A stretch of 64,000 nucleotides of DNA from an uncultured delta proteobacterium. GTDB taxonomy: Bacteria > Myxococcota > Myxococcia > Myxococcales > Anaeromyxobacteraceae. Positions within the stretch are counted from its first letter, which is position 1; each line of letters starts with the position of its first letter. Shown piece after piece: positions 9,080 to 18,870 of the stretch. Below the pieces are notes generated by a model. The model had not been told where the DNA came from, did not search any database, and worked only from the letters and a program-made list of their open reading frames with translations. The stretch is from positions 1 to 64,000 of the forward strand of contig CAWHDZ010000027.1 in NCBI GenBank assembly GCA_963828255.1, given 5' to 3'. Made by a program: the position numbers and the translations under genes.

Positions 9080-10740
9080 TCACTCGCACCGGTAGTCGAT
9101 GGGCCCGACGCGGCGACAGCCGTCGGGCGGGCCATGCCGATCCCAGTACGCGGCCAACCCGACCTTCCGGGCGAACTCCGGAAAGGCCGGCAGCGCCCGG
9201 GCGGCGCGTCCGTAAGGCCCCCAGAGCACGCCGAAGACGAGCGCCAGGGCCTTGGCACGCGCGTCGGCATCGCCGAAGATCCCCCGGGCCAGCACCTCGG
9301 CCGAGTCCGGCGCGAAGTCGCCCAGGAAGACCCGGAGTGCGGGAGTGATCTGCTGGACGGCCTCCTCCTTCCGGCCGCGCGCGTCCGACACCGCGGAGAG
9401 CCCCAGGCCGACGTAGAAGAGTCCGAGGTCGTTGGCGCGGCGCAGCAGGCGCTCCGCTCCGTCGAGATCGCCGTTGTTGAAGAACTGCGTGCCGCGCCAC
9501 ATGAGGGCGTTCGGCAGGATGGGATCGAGCACGAGCACCCGGTCGAGGACCTCCGCGCCCTGCCGGGCGTATCCCTCCACGACGAGATTGGTCGCCGACC
9601 AGAAGTTGGCGGTGATGTCGTCGGGGTCGACCACGAACGCGCGCCGGAAGGCGACTCCCGCCTCCTCCCAGCGCCGTTGCTGGCCGAGGAGGAGCCCCAG
9701 TACCGCGTGGGGCTCGGCGAGGCCGGAGTCGAGCTCGATGGCCTGGCGCGCGTGCTTCTCGGACGCCGCCACCGCCGCTTTCACGCCGCGGGTGGAGTAG
9801 CTCGGGGTGATGGCGTGGAGGGCAGCGAGGCGCGCGTGGGCGCGGGCGTAGGCCGGGTCGAGGGCCAGGGCCTGCTCGAGCTGGGAGGCGGCGTCGGCGA
9901 AGCGCGACCCGTCCCGCCGGTTGAAGATGGCGGTCGCCTGGAGATAGAGCGCGTAGGCCTCGGGGTTCCGGGTGGCAACCGGGACCAGGCGGGCCTGCGG
10001 GTCGCCCTGCAGGACCACCTGGAGCTCAGCGGTGATGGCGCGGGCGATGCGTTCCTGCAGCTCGAAGACGTCGGTCAGGTCGCCGTCGTAGGTCTTCGAC
10101 CATAGGTGAAACCCGTCCCTGGCCTTGATGAGCTGCGCGGTGATGCGCACCTTGTTGCCCTGCTTGCGGACCGAGCCCTCGAGCACGTTGTCGACGCCCA
10201 GGGCCGCCCCGATGGCGTGCAGGTCCTCGTTCCTTCCCTTGAAGTGGAAGGAAGAGGTCCGCCCCGCGACCTTGAGCCCCTTCACGCGGGCCAGCGCGTT
10301 CAGGATCTCCTCGGCGATGCCGTCGGAGAAGTACTCCTGGTCCTTGCCCGGGCTGAGATCGGCGAAGGCCAGCACGGCGATGGAGGGAGGGCCTTCCGAC
10401 CTGGGCGCCTCGGCGGGCGCGGTCGCGACCCGGTGAGGCCGGAGCCCGGGGGAGCCTCTCCCGCAGCCGGCACGGTGCGGGTGATCCCCTTCGCGGTGAG
10501 GTCGAAGACCCAGGCCAGGACCACGGTGACGGGAAAGCCCGCCCCCAGGATGGAGACGACCGCTGTGAGCGACCAGTCCGGGAGGTGGTAGGCGTGCAGG
10601 ATCGGCTCCACCACCTGCAGGACGGCGATGGCGAAGATGCCCCATCCGATCAAGGCGCGGATCACGCGCCTGCGCCTCAACTCGGCGACGAAGTCGCTGA
10701 AATCGGTCAGTCGGTCCCCCCTCGAGACGATGCCTGTCAT
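9080..10740 (-). pseudogene. TolB-like/TPR membrane protein, frameshifted
   Basis: The N-terminus (ELRRRRVIRALIGW..GFPVTVVLAWVFD) and the body (SIAVLAFADLS..QEYFSDGIAEEILNAL plus TPRs) are in different frames. The switch is near 10420-10440. Confidence 0.75.
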
Positions 10741-10821
10741 CGCACCAACCGGCCCGGACGCCAGCCCGTGCGTGCACGACGGTCCGCGGCTAAGGAGAGC
10801 GCCAGGATCCCGGAGGACTCC

Positions 10822-11679
10822 ATGACCGAACGCGAAGTGAGGGAGGTCGTCACCCCGGTCGTCGCCAGCGACGGTGCGGGGGTGCGGCTCAAGCGCAGCA
10901 TCGCCACCCGGACCCTGGATCACCTGGATCCGTTCTTCCTCTTCGACCACTTCGGCTCCGAGAACGCCGAAGACTACATCGCGGGCTTTCCCATGCACCC
11001 GCACCGCGGCATCGAGACCATCACCTACATGCTCGACGGCAGCGTCTCCCACAAGGACAGCATGGGGAACTCGGGCGTCATCGGCGCCGGCGACGTCCAG
11101 TGGATGACCGCGGGCAGCGGCATCCTCCACGAGGAGATGCCGCGGGTCGGGCCACGCGGCCTCGACGGCTTCCAGGTCTGGGTGAACCTGCCCCGGAAGC
11201 TCAAGATGACCGCGCCCCGCTACCAGGACGTCGCGGCGGCGCGGATCCCCGAGGTGGCGCGGCCCGACGGGGCGCGGGTCCGCGTGATCGCCGGCGACGT
11301 GGACGGCACGGCCGGGGCGGTTCGCGAGATCTTCGCCGGCCCAACCTACCTCGACGTGGCGCTCCCCGCCGGGGCCAGCTTCGAGCAGCCCGTTCCCCGC
11401 GGACACACCGCCCTCCTCTACGCCTTCCAGGGGGAGGTCGCGGTGGGTGGACAGCCTTCCGGTGTGGCGGACGCGATCACTGCCCCGCGCCTCGTCATCC
11501 TCGGGGACGGCGACGTGGTCCGCGTGCGCGCCCCGGCCGGGCCGGCCCGCTTCCTGCTCCTCTCGGCGCAGCCCCTCCAGGAGCCCGCGGTCCGCTGGGG
11601 CCCCTTCGTCATGAACACCCAGGACGAGATCGCCCTGGCGCTTCGGGAGTTGCGGGAGGGGACGTTCATCAAGAGGTGA
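10822..11679 (+). CDS. Pirin family protein
   Basis: GGAGG RBS; DPFFLFDH, FPMHPHRGIETITY, VQWMTAGSGILHEE and GPFVMNT motifs. Confidence 0.95.
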   Translation: MTEREVREVVTPVVASDGAGVRLKRSIATRTLDHLDPFFLFDHFGSENAEDYIAGFPMHPHRGIETITYMLDGSVSHKDSMGNSGVIGAGDVQWMTAGSGILHEEMPRVGPRGLDGFQVWVNLPRKLKMTAPRYQDVAAARIPEVARPDGARVRVIAGDVDGTAGAVREIFAGPTYLDVALPAGASFEQPVPRGHTALLYAFQGEVAVGGQPSGVADAITAPRLVILGDGDVVRVRAPAGPARFLLLSAQPLQEPAVRWGPFVMNTQDEIALALRELREGTFIKR

Positions 11680-11696
11680 GGTAAGAGGAGATTCAT

Positions 11697-12125
11697 ATGT
11701 TCACCTGGGATCCCGCCCTCGCCATCGACGTGCCCGAGATCGACGCCCAGCACCGGGCTCTCTTCGAGCAGGCGGCCCGGTTCGACGCGGCCGTCCGCTC
11801 GGGCCAGCCAGCCCGGGAGGTCGAGGAGCTCTTCGCGTTCCTCTCCCGCTACGCCCAGGAGCACTTCGAGGCGGAGGAGCGCCTCATGCTCGAGGCCGGC
11901 TACCCGCGCCTTCCCAGCCATGCGCTGGAGCACGCCGAGTTCCGGCGCAGGCTGGCCACGCTGGTTCCCCACTGGGAGTCGGAAGGCGACTCCTCGTCGC
12001 TCCTCATGGCCGTCTCCGGATTCCTGGTGCGCTGGCTCCGCGAGCACATCGGCACGAGCGACCGCGCCATCGGCGCGTACCTCCGGGCGCGCGCTACGCA
12101 ACCGCCGAGGCGACCCCCCACTTGA
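11697..12125 (+). CDS. Bacteriohemerythrin
   Basis: W..IDAQH, EHFEAEERLM, HALEH and WLREHIGTSD motifs. Confidence 0.92.
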   Translation: MFTWDPALAIDVPEIDAQHRALFEQAARFDAAVRSGQPAREVEELFAFLSRYAQEHFEAEERLMLEAGYPRLPSHALEHAEFRRRLATLVPHWESEGDSSSLLMAVSGFLVRWLREHIGTSDRAIGAYLRARATQPPRRPPT

Positions 12126-12190
12126 TCAGGTACTGCGAGAGCCCCATGTCGTGGGCCAGGTTGTCGGCGAGCCACGCTAGAATGACCCGC

Positions 12191-12454
12191 ATGCCCGCCA
12201 ACGACCCCTTCCTGGACGCCCAGGAGCGCGTGAAGAAGCTCTCGAAGCGCCCCTCCAACCCCGAGCTCCTGGACCTCTACGGCCTCTTCAAGCAGGCCAC
12301 CGAGGGGGACGCGAAGGGGAGCCGGCCCGGGATGCTCGACCCGAAGGGGCGGGCCAAGTTCGACGCCTGGACCTCCCGGAAGGGAATGGCGGGCGCCGAC
12401 GCCAGGACCCGCTACGTGGCGCTCGTGGCCGAGCTCGTGAAGAAGCTGGGCTGA
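12191..12454 (+). CDS. Acyl-CoA-binding protein (ACBP)
   Basis: LLDLYGLFKQATEGD..RPGMLD..GRAKFDAW signature. The start could instead be ATG 12182. Confidence 0.92.
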   Translation: MPANDPFLDAQERVKKLSKRPSNPELLDLYGLFKQATEGDAKGSRPGMLDPKGRAKFDAWTSRKGMAGADARTRYVALVAELVKKLG

Positions 12455-12468
12455 GAGGGGATGCCCCG

Positions 12469-13404
12469 ATGAAGTACCGGAAGCTTGGTGGGAGCGACCT
12501 CCTGGTCTCCGAGGTGAGCCTCGGGTCATGGTTGACCTACGGTGGAGGGGTCTCCCGCGAGCGGGCCGAGGCCTGCGTGCAGCGGGCCTTCGACGTCGGC
12601 ATCAACTTCATCGACACGGCCAACGTCTACTCCGGTGGCGCGGCCGAGTCCTTCCTCGGGGAGGTGCTCTCCGGCCGTCCGCGGGAGAGCTACGTCCTCG
12701 CCACCAAGGTCTTCTTCCCCATGCCGTCGGGCGACCGCGGCCTCTCGGCCGCGCAGATCGAGAAGCAGCTCGAGGCCTCGCTGCGGCGGCTGCGCACCGA
12801 CCACGTGGACCTCTACCAGTGCCACCGCTTCGATCCGCACACGCCGCTCGAGGAGACGATGGCCGCGCTCACCCGGGCGGTCCGCGGGGGCAAGACCCGC
12901 TACATCGGCTTCTCGGAATGGAACGCCGGCCAGATCCGGAACGCCCTCGCGCTCACGGGCGAGCGATTCATCTCGAGCCAGCCACAGTACTCGCTTCTCT
13001 GGCGCGAGCCGGAGGCGGAGGTCTTCCCCCTCTGCGCCCGGGAGGGCATCGGCCAGATCGTCTGGAGCCCGCTCGCGCAGGGCATCCTCGCCGGAAAGTA
13101 CCTGCCCGGGCAGCCCGTGCCCGAAGGCTCCCGCGCCGCGAGCCCCGAGATGGGCGGGTTCATGAAGCGGCGACTCGACCCTGCCACGCTCGCGGGGGTG
13201 CAGCGGCTCCACCCCGTGGCCGCCGAGCTCGGGCTCACCCTCTCCCAGCTCGCGATCGCCTGGGTGCTTCGCCGGCCGGAGGTCTCGTCGGCGATCATCG
13301 GGGCGTCGCGGCCGGAGCAGGTCGAGGAGAACGCGCGGGCGTCGGGGGTGGAGCTGGATCCGACCGTGGTCGACCGCATCGAACGAACGCTTTCAAGTAG
13401 TTGA
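12469..13404 (+). CDS. Aldo/keto reductase
   Basis: GINFIDTANVY, LATK, DLYQCH, SQPQYSLL, WSPLAQG and IIGAS motifs. Confidence 0.95.
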   Translation: MKYRKLGGSDLLVSEVSLGSWLTYGGGVSRERAEACVQRAFDVGINFIDTANVYSGGAAESFLGEVLSGRPRESYVLATKVFFPMPSGDRGLSAAQIEKQLEASLRRLRTDHVDLYQCHRFDPHTPLEETMAALTRAVRGGKTRYIGFSEWNAGQIRNALALTGERFISSQPQYSLLWREPEAEVFPLCAREGIGQIVWSPLAQGILAGKYLPGQPVPEGSRAASPEMGGFMKRRLDPATLAGVQRLHPVAAELGLTLSQLAIAWVLRRPEVSSAIIGASRPEQVEENARASGVELDPTVVDRIERTLSSS

Positions 13405-13408
13405 CGCC

Positions 13409-13720
13409 ATGCCCCTCTCCAAGAAGCTCGCAGCGGAGTTCATCACGATGGCCTCGCCATCGGTCACATCTCCGGCTGCCACCTGAACCCGGCCGTCTCG
13501 ATCGGCCTGTGGGGCGATCCTCTACCTCATCGCCAGCGGGAAGCCGGGCTGGTTCGACGCCCCGCGCATGCTCGCGGGCGCGTGGGCCCTGGACCGGCTC
13601 TGGCTCTTCTGGGTCGCTCCCGTCATCGGTGCGCTCATCGCCGGCTTCCTGTACGCGTGGCTCGGTGGTCACGGCGCCGAGGTCTCGGGCGACCGGTCGT
13701 CTCCCCCGGGATCGTGGTAG
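13409..13720 (+). pseudogene. aqpZ: Aquaporin Z remnant with multiple internal deletions
   Basis: Successive fragments in shifting frames: MPLSKKLAAEFI / AIGHISGCHLNPAVSIGLW / ILYLIASGKPG / LWLFWVAPVIGALIAG. Confidence 0.85.
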
Positions 13721-13729
13721 CCCGTGGGG

Positions 13730-14071
13730 ATGCTCGCCGACCTGCTCGAGCACGAGCTGGCCCCGCAGCTGGCGGGCTGGGACGGCCTCCACTCCTCGTA
13801 CGATCCGGAGGCCGAGGCGGTCCTCCACGTCCCGCCCCCCTGCGGCGCCGCCACCCTCGTGTTCCTCGGCTGCGGGCTCGGCCTGCACGTCCGGGAGACC
13901 CTGGCCCGGAACCCGCAGGCCACCCGCGCCGTCCTCATCGAGCGCCACCCCGAGCTCGCGCCCATGGCGGCCCGGGCGCTATCCAGGATCGACCGCCGCG
14001 GCGCGCTTCACCCCGACCGCCTCGAGGATGTTCACCAGCGGGCAGAACCCGGTCAAGGAGCTCTGCAATAG
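13730..14071 (+). pseudogene. Probable truncated N-terminal fragment of a Maf-type (motility-associated factor) protein
   Basis: LHSSYDPEAEA..VFLGCGLGLHV..VLIE resembles Maf N-termini. The ORF runs into the convergent DUF2892 gene. Confidence 0.4.
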
Positions 14072-14203
14072 ATTTGCCCCCACGAAGGTGGTGAACCAGA
14101 GCCAGTGCGTGCTCACGAAGACGGGGCTTCCGGGCGCGCCCAGTGCGAGCGACAGGAGGACGAAGGAACCGGCGAAGAGGCGGACGTAGCGTTCCAGGGT
14201 CAC
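13979..14203 (-). CDS. DUF2892 (YgaP-like) membrane protein
   Basis: ERYVRLFAG..FVGANLLQSSLTGFCPL signature. Confidence 0.85.
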   Translation of the reverse strand: MTLERYVRLFAGSFVLLSLALGAPGSPVFVSTHWLWFTTFVGANLLQSSLTGFCPLVNILEAVGVKRAAAVDPG

Positions 14204-14260
14204 GGAAGTCTCCAGGGTTCGAAGTTTGCCCCGGTGGGAGCCCGGAGCGCCGGGAAGGAT

Positions 14261-17200
14261 TCATCCTCGCGCGACGAGGGCCTCCTCCGGCGTCGCCGCA
14301 CCTTCCGGCAGCCCCTTCCCCTTCCAGAGCAGGTAGACCGCCGGGTAGACCAGCAGCTCGAGCGCGAACGAGGTCACGAGCCCGCCCACCATGGGCGCGG
14401 CGATGCGCTTCATGACGTCGGCGCCGGTGCCGGTGGACCACATGATGGGGAGCAGTCCCATGAAGGCGGCCGAGACGGTCATGGCCTTGGGACGGATCCG
14501 CTTCACCGCGCCGTGAACGATGGCCTCGACGAGGTCGCCGCGGGTCCGGAGCTGGCCGCGCCTGGCCCGGTCCTCGAGGGACAGGTCGAGGAAGAGCAGC
14601 ATGAACACCCCGGTCTCGGCGTCGAGCCCCATGAGCGCGATCATCCCCACCCAGGCGGCGATCGAGACGTTGTAGCCGAGCACGTACATGAGCCAGACCG
14701 CGCCGATGGCCGAGAAGGGGACGGCCAGCATGACGATCCCGGCCTTGAACGCCGACTTCGTGTTCATGTAGAGGAGGCCGAAGATGAGGAGGATGGTGAC
14801 GGGGAGCACGAGCTTGAGCCGCTCCCGCACCCGCAGCATGTTCTCGTACTGCCCGCTCCAGGAGAGGGAGTAGCCGGTCGGGACCTTCACCCCCTCCACC
14901 GCCTTCTTGGCTGCGTCCACGTAGGTGCCGATGTCGACCTTCGAGGTGTCGAAGTCGACGTAGACGTAGCCCGCCAGCATCCCGTTCTCGTTGCGGATCA
15001 TGGACGGCCCGGAGACGAGGAGGACGTCGGCGATCTCCTCCATGGGAATCTGGCCACCCTGGGGCAGCGGCAGGAGCACCCTCTTCAGGGCGTCGAGGTC
15101 CTCGCGGTAGTCGCGCGCGTAGCGGACGTTGATGGAGTAGCGCTCGCGCCCCTCCACGGTCACCCCCTGCTCGTCGCCCCCCACCGCGGTCATCACCATC
15201 ATGTTGGCGTCGTCGATGGAGAGCCCGTACCGGGCCAGCTGGTCGCGCTTCAGGACGAAGTCGAGGAAGTAGCCGCCGGCCACCCGCTCGGCGAAGACGC
15301 TGCGGGTGTCGGGCAGCTTGCGCAGCGCGGCCTCGGTCGCGAGCGCGATGCGCTCGATCTCCGGGAGCTTCGCCCCGGACACCTTGATCCCGATGGGGGT
15401 GCGGATGCCGGTGGAGAGCATGTCGAGCCGCCCCTTGATGGGCATGGTCCAGGCGTTGGAGATCCCGGGCAGCTGGAGCGCGGCATCCATCTCTCCCTTG
15501 AGCTCCTCGGAGGTGATGCGGTCGCGCCAGAAGGAGCGGAGCGGGGACTTCACCCATTCCGGCGCCCACGAGGAGTACCAGCGGGGCCTCTCCCGCCACT
15601 CCGCCTCGGGCTTGAGGACGATGGTGGTCTCCATCATCGAGAAGGGGGCCGGGTCGGTGGAGGTATTGGCACGCCCCGCCTTGCCGAAGACGCTCTTCAC
15701 CTCCGGAAAGGTGCGCAGGATCTTGTCCTGGATCTGCAGCGCGGACTGGGCCTCGGCCACCGACATCCCCGGCTGGACCGCCGACGGCATGTAGAGGATG
15801 GTTCCCTCGTCGAGCGGCGGCATGAACTCGGAGCCGAGCCGGAAGTAGACCGGCACGGTGGCGGCGACGAGGAGGATGCTCGCCGCGATGGTGGCCCGCG
15901 GGTGGCGGAGGACGAACCGGCAGGGCCCCTCGTAGACCCGGTGAAGCGCCCTGCTGATGGGGTGGCGCTCCTCCGAGTGGTACGTACCCACGACGGCCTG
16001 GGTGGCGAGCCAGGCGAGCGCCTTCGGCTTGAACCGGAAGGGCTCGATGCGCGCGAAGAGCATGCGCATGGCCGGGTCGAGCGTGATGGCCAGCAGCGCG
16101 GCGATGGCCATGGCCAGGTTCTTGGAGATGGCGAGCGGCCGGAAGAGCCGCCCCTCCTGGTCCACCAGCGTGAAGACCGGCAGGAAGGCGACGGCGATGA
16201 TGAGCAGCGAGAAGAAGACCGTCGGGCCCACCTCCAGCAGGGCATCGAGCCTCACCTTGTGGAAGTCGCCCTTCGAGCCGCCCGCCTGCCAGTGGTGGAT
16301 CTTGTTGTAGGCGTTCTCGACCTCCACGATCGCGCCGTCGACCAGCACGCCGATGGAGATGGCGATCCCGGCAAGCGACATCAGATTTGCCCCCATCCCC
16401 ATCGCGTACATGGGGATGAAGGCCAGCGCGACCGACACCGGGATGGTGACGATGGGGACGATCGCCGAGGGGATGTGCCAGAGGAAGATCAGGATCACGA
16501 TCGACACGATCACGATCTCCTCGATCAGCTTGGACTTCACCGTTCCGATGGCCTGGCCGATGAGCTCGGAGCGGTCGTAGGTGGTCACCACCTCCACCCC
16601 GACCGGGAGCGAGGGCCTCAGCTCCGTGAGCTTGGTCTTCACGCGCTCGATGACGTTGAGCGCGTTCTCGCCCTGGCGCATCACCACGATGCCGCCCACC
16701 ACGTCCCCCTCCCCGTTGAAGTCGGCGACGCCGCGGCGGATCTCCGGGCCGAGCGCCACGGTGGCGACGTCCTTCACCTGGATGGGCGTGCCCCCCTCGG
16801 CCTTGAGGACGAGCTTCTCGAGGTCGGCGATGGACTTCACGTAGCCCCGGCCGCGCACCATGTACTCGCGGCCGGAGAGCTCGACGAGCCGCCCGCCCAC
16901 GTCGTTGTTCCCCTTGCGCACCGCGGTGATCACCGCCTCGAGCGGGAGCTTGTAGGCGGCCAGCTGGGTAGGGTTCACGGTGATCTGGTACTGGCGGACC
17001 TGGCCGCCCACCGTGGCCACCTCCGCCACCCCTGGCACCGACTGCACCGCGTAGCGCAGGAACCAGTCCTGGTAGGAGCGCAGCTCGTCGGAGCTCTGGG
17101 TTCCGGTCCGGTCCACCAGCGCGTACTGGAAGACCCAGCCCACGCTGCTGGCGTCGGGCCCCAGCTCGGTCTTCACCCCGGCGGGAAGCTGACCGGTGAT

Positions 17201-17545
17201 CTTGGACAGGTACTCGAGGACGCGGGTCCGCGCCCAGTAGGGGTCGGTGCCGTCCTCGAAGATGACGTAGACGTAGCTGTACCCGAAGTCGGAGAAGCCC
17301 CGGATCGCCTTCACCTTGGGTGCCCCGAGGAGCGCCGTGGTGATGGGGTAGGTGACCTGGTCCTCGATGATGTCCGGGCTGCGGTCCCAGCGGGAGTAGA
17401 CGATCACCTGGGTGTCGGAGAGATCGGGCAGCGCGTCGAGGGGGATGTGGCGCATCGTGTAGACGCTGAACGCCAGCAGCACGAGGGTCCCGGCGATGAC
17501 CAGGAACCGGTTCTCCGCGGAGAAGCGGATGATCCGCTGGATCAT
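14261..17545 (-). CDS. cusA: CusA/CzcA-family heavy-metal RND permease
   Basis: LDALPDLSDTQVIV, IEDQVTYP, LGSEFMPPLDEG, WTMPIKGRLDML and KRIAAPMVGG motifs. Confidence 0.95.
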   Translation of the reverse strand: MIQRIIRFSAENRFLVIAGTLVLLAFSVYTMRHIPLDALPDLSDTQVIVYSRWDRSPDIIEDQVTYPITTALLGAPKVKAIRGFSDFGYSYVYVIFEDGTDPYWARTRVLEYLSKITGQLPAGVKTELGPDASSVGWVFQYALVDRTGTQSSDELRSYQDWFLRYAVQSVPGVAEVATVGGQVRQYQITVNPTQLAAYKLPLEAVITAVRKGNNDVGGRLVELSGREYMVRGRGYVKSIADLEKLVLKAEGGTPIQVKDVATVALGPEIRRGVADFNGEGDVVGGIVVMRQGENALNVIERVKTKLTELRPSLPVGVEVVTTYDRSELIGQAIGTVKSKLIEEIVIVSIVILIFLWHIPSAIVPIVTIPVSVALAFIPMYAMGMGANLMSLAGIAISIGVLVDGAIVEVENAYNKIHHWQAGGSKGDFHKVRLDALLEVGPTVFFSLLIIAVAFLPVFTLVDQEGRLFRPLAISKNLAMAIAALLAITLDPAMRMLFARIEPFRFKPKALAWLATQAVVGTYHSEERHPISRALHRVYEGPCRFVLRHPRATIAASILLVAATVPVYFRLGSEFMPPLDEGTILYMPSAVQPGMSVAEAQSALQIQDKILRTFPEVKSVFGKAGRANTSTDPAPFSMMETTIVLKPEAEWRERPRWYSSWAPEWVKSPLRSFWRDRITSEELKGEMDAALQLPGISNAWTMPIKGRLDMLSTGIRTPIGIKVSGAKLPEIERIALATEAALRKLPDTRSVFAERVAGGYFLDFVLKRDQLARYGLSIDDANMMVMTAVGGDEQGVTVEGRERYSINVRYARDYREDLDALKRVLLPLPQGGQIPMEEIADVLLVSGPSMIRNENGMLAGYVYVDFDTSKVDIGTYVDAAKKAVEGVKVPTGYSLSWSGQYENMLRVRERLKLVLPVTILLIFGLLYMNTKSAFKAGIVMLAVPFSAIGAVWLMYVLGYNVSIAAWVGMIALMGLDAETGVFMLLFLDLSLEDRARRGQLRTRGDLVEAIVHGAVKRIRPKAMTVSAAFMGLLPIMWSTGTGADVMKRIAAPMVGGLVTSFALELLVYPAVYLLWKGKGLPEGAATPEEALVARG

Positions 17546-17547
17546 CG

Positions 17548-18852
17548 CTACTTCCCGCCCATGGTGGCCAGGGAGGCCCGCAGCCGCGACTCCGAGTCCA
17601 CCAGGAAGTTGGCGCGGGTGACCACCTTCTCCCCCTCCTCCAGGCCGGAGAGGACCTCCACCTGGTCCCCGGTGACCGGGCCGACCGCGACCTCGCGGGG
17701 CTGGAACTTGCCCTCGCCGAGCGCCACGAAGACCACCTTCCTGGTACCCGAGTCGATGAGCGCATCGGCGGGGATCCGCAGGCCGTCCCGGGCCGCGGTG
17801 CGCAGCGTCACCTCGCCGAACATCTCCGGCTTGAGCTCCGCGCGGGGATTGGGGAACTCGAGCCGGACCTTGGCGGTGCGGGTCTTCGGGTCGAGCACGG
17901 GGTCGACGAAGATGACGCGCCCCTTGAACGTCTGGTCGGGAAAGGCCTGCAGGGAGAGGGTGGCCGGCATGCCCGTGCGGACGCGCCCCAGGTCGGTCTC
18001 GTAGGCGTCTGCCAGCACCCAGACCCGCGACAGGTCCGTGATCTCGTAGGGCATGTCCCCCTCGTTGAGCCGGTGCCCCATGACGATGTCCTTCTTCGTC
18101 ACCACTCCGCTCATGGGTGCGAACATGGTGAGGTTCTTCACCGGCTTGCCGGTCCTCTCGAGCCGCTCCACCTCCGCCTCGGGAACGTCCCAGAGGCGCA
18201 GCCGCTCCCGCGCCGCCTCGACCAGGTCGTCGCCTGCCCCGGTGGCCACCCCCCCCCCGGCGAGCGCCTTCCGGGTGCGCAGCGCGAGCAGGTACTCCTG
18301 CTGCACGGAGAGCAGGTCGGGGCTGTAGATGGAGAAGAGCCGCTCGCCGCGGCGAACGGCCTTGCCGACGTAGTCCACGTAGACCGTGTCCACGAAGCCG
18401 CCCACCTTGATGTTCACGTGGTGCACGTTGGTCTCGTCCACCGCCACCTTGCCCACCGTGCGCCAGCTCTCCCCCACCGGGCCGCGGCTCACCTCGGTGG
18501 TGCGCAGGCCGATGAGCTGCTGCCGCTGCGGGTCGATGGACACCTCGGCCAGCCCCTCCGCCGTGGCGGCTCCGCCGTGCGCGTGCCCGCCGGCCTCCTG
18601 CGCGCCGGCCTTCACGAGCGCCATGCCGCAGATGGGGCAGTCTCCGGGGTGGTCGGAGACGATGGTGGGGTGCATGGGGCAGGTGTAGACGGCCTTCGGC
18701 CCGGCCTTCGCCGCCACGGCGTCTCCGCCCGGCGCGGGGCGCGTGAGGAGCCAGGCGGCCCCGGCGCCCACGCCGAGGCCCAGCGCCAGGACCAGCAGGA
18801 GGGCCCCGGCGCCGAAGCGGCGGGGGGGGGCGAGCGGGTTCACGTCACTCAT
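17548..18852 (-). CDS. cusB: CusB-type RND periplasmic adaptor with heavy-metal-binding domain
   Basis: YTCPMHP..CPICGMAL, IYSPDL..QQEY, LKPEMF and FLVDSES motifs. Confidence 0.92.
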   Translation of the reverse strand: MSDVNPLAPPRRFGAGALLLVLALGLGVGAGAAWLLTRPAPGGDAVAAKAGPKAVYTCPMHPTIVSDHPGDCPICGMALVKAGAQEAGGHAHGGAATAEGLAEVSIDPQRQQLIGLRTTEVSRGPVGESWRTVGKVAVDETNVHHVNIKVGGFVDTVYVDYVGKAVRRGERLFSIYSPDLLSVQQEYLLALRTRKALAGGGVATGAGDDLVEAARERLRLWDVPEAEVERLERTGKPVKNLTMFAPMSGVVTKKDIVMGHRLNEGDMPYEITDLSRVWVLADAYETDLGRVRTGMPATLSLQAFPDQTFKGRVIFVDPVLDPKTRTAKVRLEFPNPRAELKPEMFGEVTLRTAARDGLRIPADALIDSGTRKVVFVALGEGKFQPREVAVGPVTGDQVEVLSGLEEGEKVVTRANFLVDSESRLRASLATMGGK

Positions 18853-18870
18853 CGTCGATTCTCCTGAAGG

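Noticed and set aside
13935..18004. Very long alternative-frame and antisense ORFs (1276 aa and 1299 aa; similar ones at 23658-28558 and 53277-57330)
   Set aside because: These are Arg/Gly/Pro-rich shadow ORFs of clear genes, expected when stop codons are scarce at very high GC.
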